64,000 nt of DNA from Tubulanus polymorphus (GCF_964204645.1 NC_134025.1:3844001-3908000); one strand, 5' to 3'. Counted from the first letter of the stretch, positions 29,599 to 43,200 are shown. A program made the numbers and translations. Notes: a model not told the origin generated them from the sequence alone.

Positions 29599-32500
29599 CT
29601 AATAGTCGACAATTCGTCGTTTGTATGAGTCAGTACCAGGAGGTGGTGGAGGTGGTGGTGGAGAGTATGATTGTGATCTGGAATGCGACCTTGAAACTCG
29701 TGTTTTTGGTGATCGGGATCGAGACCGAGATCTTGAGCTGTAAACGAAAAAATTATACAATTAATTAGCATTAAACTTCCTCCAGTTGTAGAGATATAAC
29801 AGGATGGCCACTTTCTGCCCATTTAGAAAACCCATCATAAGATATCATAAGATTAATCATAAACAAATACCTTGATGAAGAGTAAGGCCTTTTTCTGGAT
29901 TTTGGTGAAACAGATCTTTTTCGACCTCCATCATCGGAACTACTGTCATCACCGTCTAATCTTTCTCTATGACGCCTTTCTCGCTCTCGTTTTCTCATTT
30001 GAATTGCCATCATCCGTAATTCTTCTTCTCTATCCTAACAACATCAAAAATAACTTTCGTCAAAACAGTTTTCGACGTAAAACAACCTCAAAATAATGTA
30101 TGCTTCGTTACCATTCTCTCCTGCTCCATCTTGTCAGTTTTCTCTCTCTCAGCTTTCTTGTCAGCTTTATCTGCAAGATAATTAGGTTATTAGTCGAGAA
30201 ATTTATGATCTAGTGACAAGGAAATGGAATGCCAAGAAATTCATTCATTATTTCTTACATGTCTTATTCAATGCTGCCTGCATTTTACGTTTAAGTCGTT
30301 CTTGAGCTGTAAGGGCACCTGCTGCTGCAGCTGGTTTCTAGAAAATTAATTACATGCAAACAATCATATCCCTTCACATTTTATGCCACGAGATTTTAGA
30401 ATTCTTTCTCTTAACATCTCTAAACGTACATTCAAACATTTTCTAATATTAAGGGAATCTGAAAAACCAACGAGTGTATCAACAAGAGAGGAAGGCTGTG
30501 TCGTGGTTGCTAGTCCCCGAACAGAATGGTCAAAAGTGCATTTTTTACGTAGCTCAAGACTCTAAACCACCATTATAGAATTGAAATAGTACTTGCAAAT
30601 ACAACATACCTACCAAAGCACAAATGATTATAAGAGTGAAAGCCTTTTTATTATACGTATGCAATCTATTACAGATTGTAAGCTACAAGAAGCTCGGTTG
30701 CAATTACAACTACTAGCAGTTCCCATTTGATTCTAACACGGAGCTGACAATGAGTGAGCAGAAGCAGTAAAAGTCACTAAACCAGGGAGGTACAATCAAA
30801 ACATTCAGAGTTGATGTTGTCATAATAAGAGTGATTTGTCAATAGCTAACTAAGTTCTTACTGACTTTGGTGGACACCTTATTATCCCGAGCATTCTTCG
30901 GCTCTACATGTAATCTGAAAAATTCGAATGAAATATGTGAACACACAAATGAAAACTTAACTGCGAAGGATCAGCAAAGAACAATCAGAAGAAAACTCAC
31001 CGAGAATTTTTTTGTCTGGTTGTTTTCGTTTTCGTATCTTCATCAGAATCACTCTTCTCATTTCCACTGGAAAGACTCGCTCGACGATATCTTTTGATAA
31101 CCACAGGTTGTTTTTCAGGACTTTTGGAGCTAGAATCAATACATATATAAATTATGAACGATTAAATTTCTTAATAATCAAGACTATGTTTGTTTGATTC
31201 CTTACTGTTTTTTAGAGGTTTTACTCCGCGACCTGGATCTCGATTGACTTCTGGAATATCGTCTCGATCTCGATGAAGATCTCGACCGGGAACCTCTGCG
31301 ATTGCGAGATCTCGATCGCGAACGGTTTCTATTCCTAGAACGCGACCTCGACCTACGACGACTCCTCGATCGTCTGTTTCCCCGTCGGTACCGATCTCTC
31401 GATCTCGTACGCGATCTTTGTCGTGACCTCGAACGAGAACTTCTAGAGCGCGACCTCGATCTACGCGACCTCGACGAAGACCGCGAAGACGAACGACTCG
31501 ATCTTGAACTTGATGAAGATCGGTTTCTTTCGTCACGGGATCTGAAAATGAGAATTAAACTCATTCGTCAATCATCATGAAAAGAAATAGTTCTAGGCAC
31601 CCCTAATCAGTGAGTCGCAATTCTCACCTAAACCGTGATTTTAGAATACATGTGCATAGATTTATTTTCTTATTCCACTGTAACATAAAAATAAAAAGAG
31701 AATTCTACCTTGATCGACTTCGAGAATGTGTACAAGACCTTTTCGATCTTGAATTAGATTTAGAAATAGATTTTGGCGACTTAGAAATCACATTCGAATT
31801 ATCATTGTTGTAAGCGACAGATTCTGATTCAGCCATTTGACGCAGCGACCTAAAAACATAAAAAAATAGAACATGCTACGTTGCGTCTACGAACTCGGTG
31901 TCAATGAAACATACCATTGACATAATCTTACTTAGATCGTTAAACTTATTGGAAATGAAATTGACAAATCAAGATTATTCCTCACAGAATATAAAGCATC
32001 ATAATATCCTCCAGGATCATATAGCCATACAGCGAAAGATAGATTGATTTTCATCTCAAAATGGTATTTTAACTCATGCAAAAATTAGCCCACTTTGAGA
32101 TCAGTTTATACTCACCACTTTTGCATAGGTTATTAATAACCTGCTTTATATACTATCCACTTAACATTTTAGAACATGTTAACAATAGTTCATAAGATTA
32201 ACCGCACTTTCATAATCCAATTACGGTAATTCTTACCCTTTCAGGGTCGGCAGAGAAGCTATGTTCTTTTAGGGCAGTTTGGCTGGGTGGTAAAGTCACA
32301 TGCCACAATGTTCAAAATTCCTGATTCGAGTATGAACCCTAGTTTGCAACAATTTTGCCAACAACTTTTTGATAGGAAATCAACAAGCCTAGCTGATGAA
32401 AAGGGTTAGAACACAAACAAAATTCCAACCGACCGTAATTTGTCCTTATCAGAGCGAACATGTAAATGCGGTGGAAGGCTCGGTCCCTGCACTTTGTTCT

Positions 32501-34439
32501 TTTCTTCATCTGAGCTTTCTCCACCAAAAGATGTTATATATTTCAATTTTCCACTGAATTTCGGTGATCTGGATCTGGATCTGGATCTGGATCGCGAAGA
32601 TGACCTAGATAATTGATACGGATCGAGTTATACATGTTCATTTCACGCACCCCTAGAAGTAAATTCAGTATGAAAAAGATAAAAAATACTTACTTTCTAA
32701 ATGGTTCATACTTGGGGCTTTCTCTTGCTGCATAACTGAAATAATCCATATTTTAAAATAGAGTCATGAATTCCGATATAATCAATAACCCTCAAACAGA
32801 ACTAACCTCGGAGGACTAATCTTTCGTCCCATGAGTTTTCGTTCTTTGAAGGCTCGTCTTTCTCTTCTTGATTTACGACCCTACAATAAAGTTATTGGTC
32901 AATGTAAGAGAGAAACATCTCTTTTAGCTAAAAACTACTAAAACTTCAACCTACAGCAAATTGAGCCTTCTCCTCTTCGATCAGTTTCGCTTCTTTTATC
33001 ATATCAGCATCTTCCTTATCCTTCTTTAACATACTATAAACACATGAGAATATACATTTTCAGACTCAGTTTAATTTTCAATATAAATCTTTATTCATTA
33101 TGCAATACTAACGTTATGAAGTCATGTGGCCCCATTCCATATATTTTGCCACATTCATTCATTAAAGATATCTGTTCGTCTGTCAACTGATCAACCTCGA
33201 TAACAACATCTGAAATGTAAATATCTCTTTTAAGTATAAAACAACCAAGATGTCTCTGAATTTCAGGATGGAAAACCTGGGATCCTATCAATACCTAAAT
33301 CCATATCAGTGATTGATGTATCACTCTCATCACCGCTATCTTCATCTTCATCCTTCTTCTTATTCATCGCCGGGGTTACATCAGTACTATCATCATATAC
33401 ATAACCGATAGCCGCCTTTTTATCCGCGAGTCTTCAATAGAAATATCATAAAAAATTATTTACCAATTCAACAACATCTATCCATATATCGACATTTCAA
33501 AAACAGGAATGAACAGGCTCACTTTTTCTTTTCTTCCTCAGCTAATTTCGCAAGATTGAACGTCACTGGTCGAAATTGCTCTTCGATTTCAATCTGATGC
33601 AAGCATTGTTCTTCAGTTACTACATGAGAGATATGAATACAGATGTAAGAGCTACCTTTAAGCCGCATCATCAATCAATAAAACACCAACTTACACCCGG
33701 AGCATTCGTTTTGAACGAGAAGTCTGTATCTTTCATAACAGCATTTTCTTTCTTCTTCTAATTCTGCTTCAGTCAATCTGATTTAAATTCAAAATCACAG
33801 ATATCATTTTCCAATAAATAAGGTAGTCTGACAGCATCGGCCAATTTAAAATCAATTTGAAAACATGGCTGTTTCACAAGTATTTTTATGAGGAACTCAG
33901 TACTCACTTAATTTCCTTATCAGGCGCCTTTGGTATAACATCCAGATTTGCGCGTACATCAAATCTATCGATCATGTTATCTGTATTTCCTTGCCATGGC
34001 ATCCTATATGTAATGAAACAAAACCATTATGTTTGAATTTGAAGAAACCTTCCATGTCTAAGACAGTGATTCTTAAATCAATAGATGTAATTCATGAGAG
34101 GTACAGATCAGCACTTTGACTGAACAATGTCCACATACATGCTTTGAGGGCTAGCAGCAGCCACTGCCACTGCTGGGTCATAGTGAATTTTAATATTTCT
34201 TCCGTAAACTCTGACAAATTGCGTTGGATCTAATTTCTGAAAAAAAAATCATTCAATCATTGATTACTATGTTTTTTGAGTCGGGTGATGATTGTAATGT
34301 TTGCGGGTGTCATTGTTGACGTTGATCGATGGTAATTTACAATTTTCTCATAAAACTCTCTTCTTCTTTCAGCTCGCCTTCGATAATCCACCATCAGACC
34401 TCGGATTTTCTTCTCCTGTTTCCTTGCTTCGTGCCACAT
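29599..34439 (-). CDS. CLASRP: CLK4-associating serine/arginine-rich protein (SFRS16/SWAP2), multi-exon
   Basis: N-terminus MWHEARKQEKKIRGLMVDYRRRAERRREFYEKI, MMPWQGNTDNMIDRFDVRANLD, KYITSFGG, long RS domain (31202-31541), LTAQERLKRKMQAALNK, terminal exon ending RRIVDY stop. Confidence 0.93.
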
Positions 34440-34704
34440 TTTAAAGATTATTTTCCCTGAAATTTTACAATATAAGAATACAAAGATTGAATGCAATTCA
34501 ATTCAAATAAATTCTTTAAATTGAGAAATATTAGTTTTATTAACTTTTGCCGAAAACCTTTCAACCTAAAAATAGCCAACCAATATCTACAGATATCCAG
34601 TTATTTTTTACTTAGAATTAAATCATCAAAATAAATTTATTAGACAAAACGACACGAGAAATGAGACCAGAATTTTACCAGATCGACATTCAATTTTTCA
34701 GAGG

Positions 34705-34735
34705 GTCATCCGCCATTTTGATGATCACGTGATTG
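34705..34735. promoter_or_regulatory. Bidirectional promoter core between CLASRP and the acidic-protein gene
   Basis: YY1-type CCGCCATTTT at 34710-34719 and E-box TCACGTGA at 34725-34732, between divergent 5' UTR splice donors (~34677 on minus, ~34840 on plus). Confidence 0.55.
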
Positions 34736-35057
34736 CTTCAGTCTGAGGGCACAGAGGGAACATCGTCTGCATTTTGTTCTGATATTCAGTGTTTGTTGAC
34801 AGTTATCACTTCAATACCGCAGCTAAATTGTCTCAAAAGGTACGCAGCGATTTGGGAGAATTACCTATGTAGACGAAGTTTTTGTAATATTCCCTTTTTC
34901 TGGTAGATTTTTGCTATTTTCTGCATTTTTTGATTTTCTTGATTATAGGCGGCAGCACCTACTGGTAAGGTTAGAATATTCCGATGAGGTTCGGGCTGAT
35001 ATGAATCGTAAACTTTGACTAATGAATTTTCTATTCCAATTAGGTATTGAATTGAAT

Positions 35058-35756
35058 ATGGCTACCTTAACGGCATTGAACACAGAGCAAAACCCACAAA
35101 TTTCTGAATCAGACTCAAAGCAGATTTTAACCAGCAGAGATAGGACACTGTGCGAAGACGATAAATTTGTTGATTATTTCGACTTGTATGATGCAGACTC
35201 GAATGTAGTTCCTGATATTGAACGAGATTTACTATGCAATGAACAGTTATCCGATTTCGATGATAATAGTTGTGATATTGTTGAAAATCTTGAACCGACT
35301 CCGAAGAAATATAAGACATCGGCCGAGCTCGAACCCTGTTTGAATAACGAGATACCGAGTTTTCTTCCTGATGAAAGAGAACATGAGATCACTGGACTTA
35401 ATAACGATGAAGTTTTGAGTGATGAAAATAGTTTGTCCACCTTGAACAATGAAACTGTGAACACTGCGAAATCTCCTACCAGTTCAATTGAAGATAATGT
35501 GCAACTCGGTGCTGAAGAGACATTCGATGATTTGAATATTCCATCCGAATTGACTGCAGAAGATTCAGCCGAATCTGTAATTACGATTCCATCGACTGAA
35601 CTGTATTCGCCGGAAGAAAGAGAACATTTCGTGCCAGATTTAAACAACAGCTATTACTCCAGTGATGATTATGATAGCGATAGCCAGGATAACAGTAGAA
35701 CACTGAACTCTTGCCAAACTGATCAAGTTGTGCCTAACTTTTTTGTCGAAGAATGA
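35058..35756 (+). CDS. Uncharacterised acidic, probably disordered protein (~232 aa), single coding exon
   Basis: Long stop-free D/E/S/N-rich ORF in AT-rich DNA, acceptor TTAG at ~35043 just before the ATG, upstream UTR donors at ~34840 and ~34965, AATAAA at ~36022, basic patch PTPKKYK. No family recognised. Confidence 0.7.
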   Translation: MATLTALNTEQNPQISESDSKQILTSRDRTLCEDDKFVDYFDLYDADSNVVPDIERDLLCNEQLSDFDDNSCDIVENLEPTPKKYKTSAELEPCLNNEIPSFLPDEREHEITGLNNDEVLSDENSLSTLNNETVNTAKSPTSSIEDNVQLGAEETFDDLNIPSELTAEDSAESVITIPSTELYSPEEREHFVPDLNNSYYSSDDYDSDSQDNSRTLNSCQTDQVVPNFFVEE

Positions 35757-36380
35757 TTTAATTTCTAATAATATGAATACTTGTCCATTACGTTTGCTAA
35801 ATTATGATATTTATGGTAGAGTTAAATGTAATTTATTAGATGTATTTCATTAAGATATAAATGAGCTGTGATCCTCATGAGTGCAATATAAATATTCAAT
35901 GAGTTTTCTATGATTCTTGGAGTCGTGCAATATTTTCTTTGTTAATGTATTAATCTTTGTAAATGCCATTCATTTATTTATAGATCTGACCAAGTTTGTA
36001 GATAAGAAAATGTAATTTTTGAATAAAAATGTTTTTTTTTAAGTTTGAATTTTCCTCGTTTGGTTATAAATACCATTTTGTGAATTCATAAAAAGACCCA
36101 CTTTATCCAACAAAACAGAAAAGCAAACTCAAGTAACGGGATATTATATAAGACTAGGAGGTGTATTTTATCAATAAATTAATTACAATACTACATATTT
36201 ATTCTTCAAGTACGTAGTTTAGCAAATAAAGTTTATTTCCACATGTAACATTTCAACATCATACACACGTATACCAACACTGGTACGATACAGGTATGTG
36301 ATTACAATAAACTATCACCTTTTAATTAATAATCCAACGATTTACAACAAATTACACGATACACGTTTGGTTTTACTTAT

Positions 36381-39202
36381 TTACTGTAAGCTTACAGATT
36401 TATTATTGTGAGGAACAGCGTTTGGTCGTATCAATGGGGGTGGTTGATGCAACATCGTTCTGTGATGATGGTGGTTAGGATTCTGAAATCTGATAAAATC
36501 CATAAATCAGAAACAAACGAAAAACTTAATTTCAAATTATTTTGTAAATTACTTTCTCATTAGGGCGACTGACACTAACCTAGCCTGGTGTTGCTGGGGA
36601 TGCAACGGCGGCGGCCTCATTCCTCCTGCCATTATCGATGGGCTTTGTTTAAGTAAAGGTGGTGGTGCAGCGCTGACAGTTACAGTACTGGATGCTGTGC
36701 TGGGTATTGCTGCTGAAGAGGTAGATATTGCTGCAGTAGATGCTACACTAGAGTTGGTTACCGTTGATGGCGCAGGTTCAGCAGACTTCATCTCAACATC
36801 CTGAATCATATAGCCAGCCACAGATTAATAAGACCTGAACACTATTCGATAAATAGATTACTAACATACACCTACCTTAGATTTTTCTTCCTCTTTCTCC
36901 TGAGTTTCTTCAGTCAGACCATTTTCAGCTTCATACTCGGCGAGCACCTCATCCAGGTTGTATCGTCGTCTATAGTTGATGAAGAAACTCCTCACGTGAG
37001 ATTCTGATTTATTTCCGATGACTTCAGATATCGCGAGGAAATCATTGCCATATTTTCTGACACCCTGTACGGCGATAAGTAACTCTTCATTCGTCCAACG
37101 AGGATTTATCTTCTGTGTTTCCTGTAAATCATGAACAAAAAATTTTAATTCCTTTGAATCTTCAATGATTACAAAATCATTATCACAAATAGTACTTACA
37201 ATCCCATCACGTATTTCATTAACTCCTTTAGTACAAATCTCTGCCTGCTGACTAACAATCTGTTTATTTTGACGTACCTAAAAACAAACCAAATCTAAAT
37301 CAGGCACAATACTTACATAATTCATGAATATCTCAGAGGAATCAATTGTCATGAACTTACTTGGCGTTTCAACGAGATAATCTCCGCTTCGAGTTGTTTC
37401 AAGATTGCATCTCCTTGTCCACTTGGACCAGTTGCCATCGCAATGAGATCTTCTTTGTTCAGATATATTCCCCTCGGTGGTTTACGTTTGTGTTTTATAG
37501 GATTATGACGTCCAGAGTGGGATAGTTCTTGTTTCTTCGGTCCGAGATTCGAGCGCATAAGTCCTGTACGTCTGCGAATAAAGAATTGTTTCAAATCAAG
37601 AGTCATTCAATGGTTGGATATTACCGGTATATTGTACTGAGTGAAAACTGTCAAAAACCTCTCACCTCCAATACTGATAGCATGAGTTACACAGTGATCC
37701 TTTAGGTGTTGCATGCAACTGAGATGCACTAACGCCACAATTTGAACAACGAGGCTTACCATCACTTTTCTGCAAACAAGTCATTTTAATCATTGAATTC
37801 ATGCTTCATGAATTATCAATCAATTATATTCATTTAGACATACCCCATCTTTAGGATGCTCAATGTCACTATCACTTGCTCCACTGCCAGCCTCAGAACC
37901 ACCATCACTGAAATACAGTATTTTCTCGCTATCAACCAAACATATCACAATTACTGATATTCAGTTAAGTATAACTGATTGAAGCCTACCTTTCGTCTTC
38001 CCTTTGATTGGCTAGTTTCTTAGCTTGTCGATCCATGAGGCTCGTACGAGATCGAGTTTTCTTCCACGAATAGTAATATTTCACCAAACTTGAAATCGAC
38101 TTATCAGGAAGCTGAAAAACAAAAGATTCAAATTCAGCAAAATCTTAAGACATTGATAAATCTCTATAATATCCATAGCCATAACAGCGATTTATAGTTT
38201 ACCATTTGACGTATTCGGTGAAAACTTTTCCCGTGGAAACTGAAAGCTTGTTCAAACAACACTTTATCTTCGGTGGTCCAGTCATCGGGATATGGTGTAA
38301 AATTCGGAAGATCGGCCAGAGCTTTTTCTACATGATGCTTGTGCCAAAATAACATTCCCAGTGCCTGGAAGAGATTTTATGAATGTAAATAAAGACTTCT
38401 AATTAACAAGGTTACTTCTGGTTGGATAATTCCGCATACCTGTTCGGTATTATAACCATGCTTTTCTTTGGCTACCATAGTGTACTCATCGACTGTAAAA
38501 CAAATGCATGAGTAAAAACAATTTGTATTCAATTCCATAGGCCTATAAAAAATTACCTTTACCAAAATAAATAAATAAAACAACTAACTTTTAAATTCTG
38601 TAAGTTCAGAACTTGGAGCCCAGACCAATATAGCATCCACCTTACTGTCATATTTTCCATCTGAAAAATTGAAATGATTCATTGATTTTAGTATATTACG
38701 ATAGATGGCATCTGTGTAGTTGAGTATTTTCTACCGCTCTGCTAAGTAATCTGAAATCATTTTATTATGAAGCAGGCCATTAAATATGAAAAGATACAAT
38801 GATATCGATAATGGTGACATTTGATTCGATGATATTTTATTATAGGCAAACTCACTAACTTCATATCTAATTAACGATTTAACCCGAAATTAATTTAATT
38901 AGACACAGAATTAATTGACAAACTTACCACCAGCAGGGTTACCAATAACGTTGGGTATTTTAGCCTGATACATATCACCAATTCTCATTCCTCCTTCTAA
39001 AAAGAGTTGAATAAAACGAAGCTTTGATATAGATGAATTCCATGGTATCCGAGAAAGCCAGAAATAAAAGATACGAACCAGAATCCGAGTCATCAGAGCT
39101 ACTGTCATCGGACAGGTGCCCGTTGTTATTATTGTTGGGACTTGCGCCTCTGGATCGACGACCGTTTCGACCTTCTTCCATATTTCGTTCAGCTGCAACC
39201 AT
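36381..39202 (-). CDS. RCOR: REST corepressor (CoREST), multi-exon
   Basis: ELM2 ([13 protein letters not shown]...[11 protein letters not shown]|[29 protein letters not shown]), SANT1 ([25 protein letters not shown]|[22 protein letters not shown]), linker [13 protein letters not shown]2 ([19 protein letters not shown]), C-terminal PPPLIRP. Confidence 0.95.
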
Positions 39203-40288
39203 TTCCAATATGCAAAACAATTAATTTTTGTAGTTTGGTCAGTTGGTATGAAGTTTTCGGCAAACGAAATAGATAATTCTCTCGACGATTCTTCCTAGAG
39301 CGCACCAACTAACTTCAGCCAAGTTGACAATGCAACGTATACCTGCGCATGAAATAGTTCCTAACATCTTGTCAGTAAAATGCTAATAAGAAAACCTTGA
39401 ATTCTATCTACTGAAATCTCATAAAACGTAGTGATTTAATGTGAATAGTTTCATAGAAAATTGTTGTCAGGTGAATTTGGAAATCATTGTTTTTTGTATG
39501 TATTACTTCGCACAGGGCTATTTCAGTTTCTTGGTAAATAATGGCGTTTGCAAAAATCGGCATGCAATGTCTTTTATTTAGAAAATACGGGAGAACTTTG
39601 GTGTAAATGAAAAACCATCCCACGTGATGATTTGAAGTAAAAATATAATGGCTGTCAAAAAATCTGAGTACTTAAAACCTTTCATTTTAAAACATTTCAT
39701 CCATGATAGTGAAATGTATAATCAAGTAATTGAACAGGACTCCGTAGTTTTACACTGCATAAGTTTTGAGAATGAAATTTTTCTGTCACAGCTAATTTAA
39801 ACTCACATTCATTCAATTCTGTTCCTATTTGTTGAAGGAAAGTATATTGAGAAGGAATGTGACAATAATTTTACATTTCTATCATAGAATTTCGTTTCTA
39901 CAAGGAAAAATAAGGCCATTTGGGATTCGAACCTGCTGCATTCCAAAAAGGACAAGTTCAAATAGATATAGGTAACTAGCTTATGTATAACAACATTTCC
40001 ATTTCTTAAGCTTCTTTATGATACAATGATATCTAAAGTTTTAGAAATATCGAATATGTATAATTGTGAGCGAATCGTTTTGAAAACTATGACATTATCG
40101 GGCGATGAAAGCGATTAAGCCAACAACCTACTCCCCGACAATAAACAAAGTGGGTTGAGCCAAAGGGAATTCCGTTCCTCTTCAGTATTGGAGGTGAAAA
40201 CCCGACCAGGAAGTCAATTTAAGGGATTTCCTAAAAGATTTGGCCGAGAACTTTTGGTTTAATTGGCGATTGATATGTGATCAAAGCC

Positions 40289-43200
40289 ATGCACGACGCA
40301 TTTGAAGCTGTTCCTATATTGGAAAAATTGCCTCTAGCAATTGAATCAATTGCTTGTTTCGGTCAGTCGAACTGAAAGTGGATAAAACCACTCGTCTTAA
40401 CTCCTCTCTGACTCTGACTCTCTAATCAATTCAATCAAATTTACTATATTTTTGTGTATTTAGTGGCCATGTCATCAATAAGTAGTTTCTGGATTCAACT
40501 CCTGTTCAGGTCAGACCCACACCCTTAGTTAAACTTCTAGCTAGACCTCCTTATAGCAGAATCCAGCGATTTCCTTAAAAAATGAGAATATTCAACCTCC
40601 ATTTCCTGACAGTTTTATCATTTGACATTTACAGAGGATACATTACTTGTCGGTACAAGAGATGGGTTTTTGTTAGTTTACAAAGTTCGACCAATCCCAG
40701 GAGCTGCTGGTAATTTCAAATAGTTTTATTCCTGTGTAATGTCTGGCTGAATTAAGTGTGAGGAGTCTTTATCAATTGCTTCCATTTCAGTACTAGTAGC
40801 TAATTTTGATGTATCCTTAGAAAAGACAAATAAAGCATTTGCCAGGAAACCAGTTGTACAGGTAACCATTAATGGAAAATTATCTTTCTGTGTTGTAACT
40901 ATAATATAAAATACCCCACTGAGAAAGAAAAAATAGAGTCTGAAATTGTTTCCTTGAGCTTTTTGAGTTCATTTGATGTTTCATACTGTTTCTAACAATT
41001 CATATAGTTTGCTTCTTCAGTATTCCTGAAGATAGATATTAAAGGATCAAAACATTGAATAAACTAGGAACAATTTCAGACCCTAGTTTGGGATTTGATA
41101 TTTAAGTTATACGGATAGGCCTATATTTAAAGTTAAAATGTAATTAGTCATAGTCCAAATTTATGCTGAATAGATTTTTGTATTATTTTCAGCTGGCTGC
41201 CATTCCAGAATTTCAACTACTTATTAGTTTATCTGATAACCAGATAAATGTCCATGATTTAACTGTCTATGCACAAATAACAACCATTCCACGGACGAAG
41301 GGAGCCAATCTATTCGCCATTGATCTTCAGGTATAACACATAAAAAGCATTTTGCAAAATTCATCTATGAAGTCAGTTTCGTGAGTAGATTTTCAATATA
41401 TTTTCAAGGAAACTAAAACAATGAATGGGGAGCCTCAGTATACATTACGCCTGTGCGTCTCTGTGAGAAGGAGATTACAGTTATACTACTGGAAAAATAG
41501 AGATTTTCACGAGCTTCAGGTAAGCGTATGAATATCAGAAATCAAATTTTGAAAATGTACTTGAAACTAGAAAATTTATATTTCTGTATTGAATGGCTCA
41601 TGTATTACAGCCTGAACTATGTGTGTCTGATTTAATCAAATCAATGGCCTGGTGTAAAGATTCAGTGTGTGTAGGATTCACTCGTGATTACTTTCTCATT
41701 AATGTAAGTGCATTGATAAATGAATTTCTTCACCTATACAATGTGACGGATATTAAATTTGAAGTGATTTGTTATAGATTGCATCTGGGAATCTGAAAGA
41801 ACTGTTCACTACTGGAAAACAACGAGAATCTTCAATACTCCGATTAAAGAATGACACGGTCACCTTCGCTAAGGACAACAAATTGCGGTCAGGAAGTGCT
41901 ATGGATATAAATGGAATTAAATTTAAAACAAAAAATACCAATTCAAAAGAAGTTAATAAGAACCATTATGATGATAGACTTGCTCTTATCAGAGATGATA
42001 TGACAATTTTCATCAATCAAGATGGCGATCCATTGAAACATGCAATCAAGTGGACTAATATTCCATCAGTTATGGGTAAGTCATCCAGTTCTCTTCCATA
42101 TCTAAACATTCCTTAAAGCGAAAGAAATCAGAAATATTCTATTAGCAGATTTCAGCTTTCTCATTTAAAAGTTTCTTGTTCTTTTTAGCCCATCATCCAC
42201 CGTACTTACTCGCTGTTCTTCCGAAATATGTTGAAGTTTGGACAATTCAACCAAAATCTCTCATACAAAGTATTGAGCTCAAAAATCCTAAACTGATTTG
42301 CGAATCACAGTAAGTAATGATTATATCAGGTGTCTTATGCTTTTGGCTGTCCATGTCGATTTGTCATTAAACACATTGTTTTCTTGTCTACCTTTCAAAG
42401 CGGAACTGTGTATGTATCTGCCCAGAACTATGTGTGGAGGTTAGCATATAGACCTATAGCTGATCAAATCAAACAATTACTACAGAGTAAAGCTTTTGAA
42501 TTAGCTCTGAAATTAGCCGTAAGTATTACCATAGATTTTAGATGTAGTTTTGAGGATATCCTCGAAATTTCAACGGCAGAAAATGAATTTGAATGTTGCT
42601 GATTTGAATTTTCAGACAATGATAAAGGATCCAGATTCCCAGCAACCTGGGCGTATTCACCATATACAGACTCTTTATGCGTGTGATCTTTTTGGTCAGA
42701 AAAAATTTGAAGAATCCATGAACATATTTCTAAGCCTAGGCGTAGGTAAATAATCTACCGAGGATTTGTCCCAAATTATTTCATCACCGATAACCTGATT
42801 TACATCATTACAAGACTTTCATGATATATTTATAATAGATCCATCAAATGTAATTGGTATGTTCCCTCAGCTGCTACCACCAGATTTCAGAAGTCAACTT
42901 AATTATCCCGAAAAACCTCCGGAATTAGAAGGAGTTGAACTTGAGAAGGGACTACTTGCGTTGATTGACTACCTCACTCAGGTTTGTTCTATTGATTATA
43001 CCATAAATTTCAGGAAAATAGATTCATTTTCATGGCATTAGTCAAATCAGTGTTTTTTATTTGAATAGTATTTCCTTGCATTCTTTTCTTTCTTACAGAA
43101 AAGAAATCAACTGATCAAAGACAAAGACAACAAAGAGTTGCGATATACAGCAATTGTTGAAGGCAACACGACCATCAGATCAAAGAAACAGCTGCATACG

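Noticed and set aside
35174-35647. 157 aa antisense ORF, and similar shadow ORFs opposite POU3, CLASRP and spectrin
   Set aside because: Antisense shadows of real coding exons caused by codon bias.
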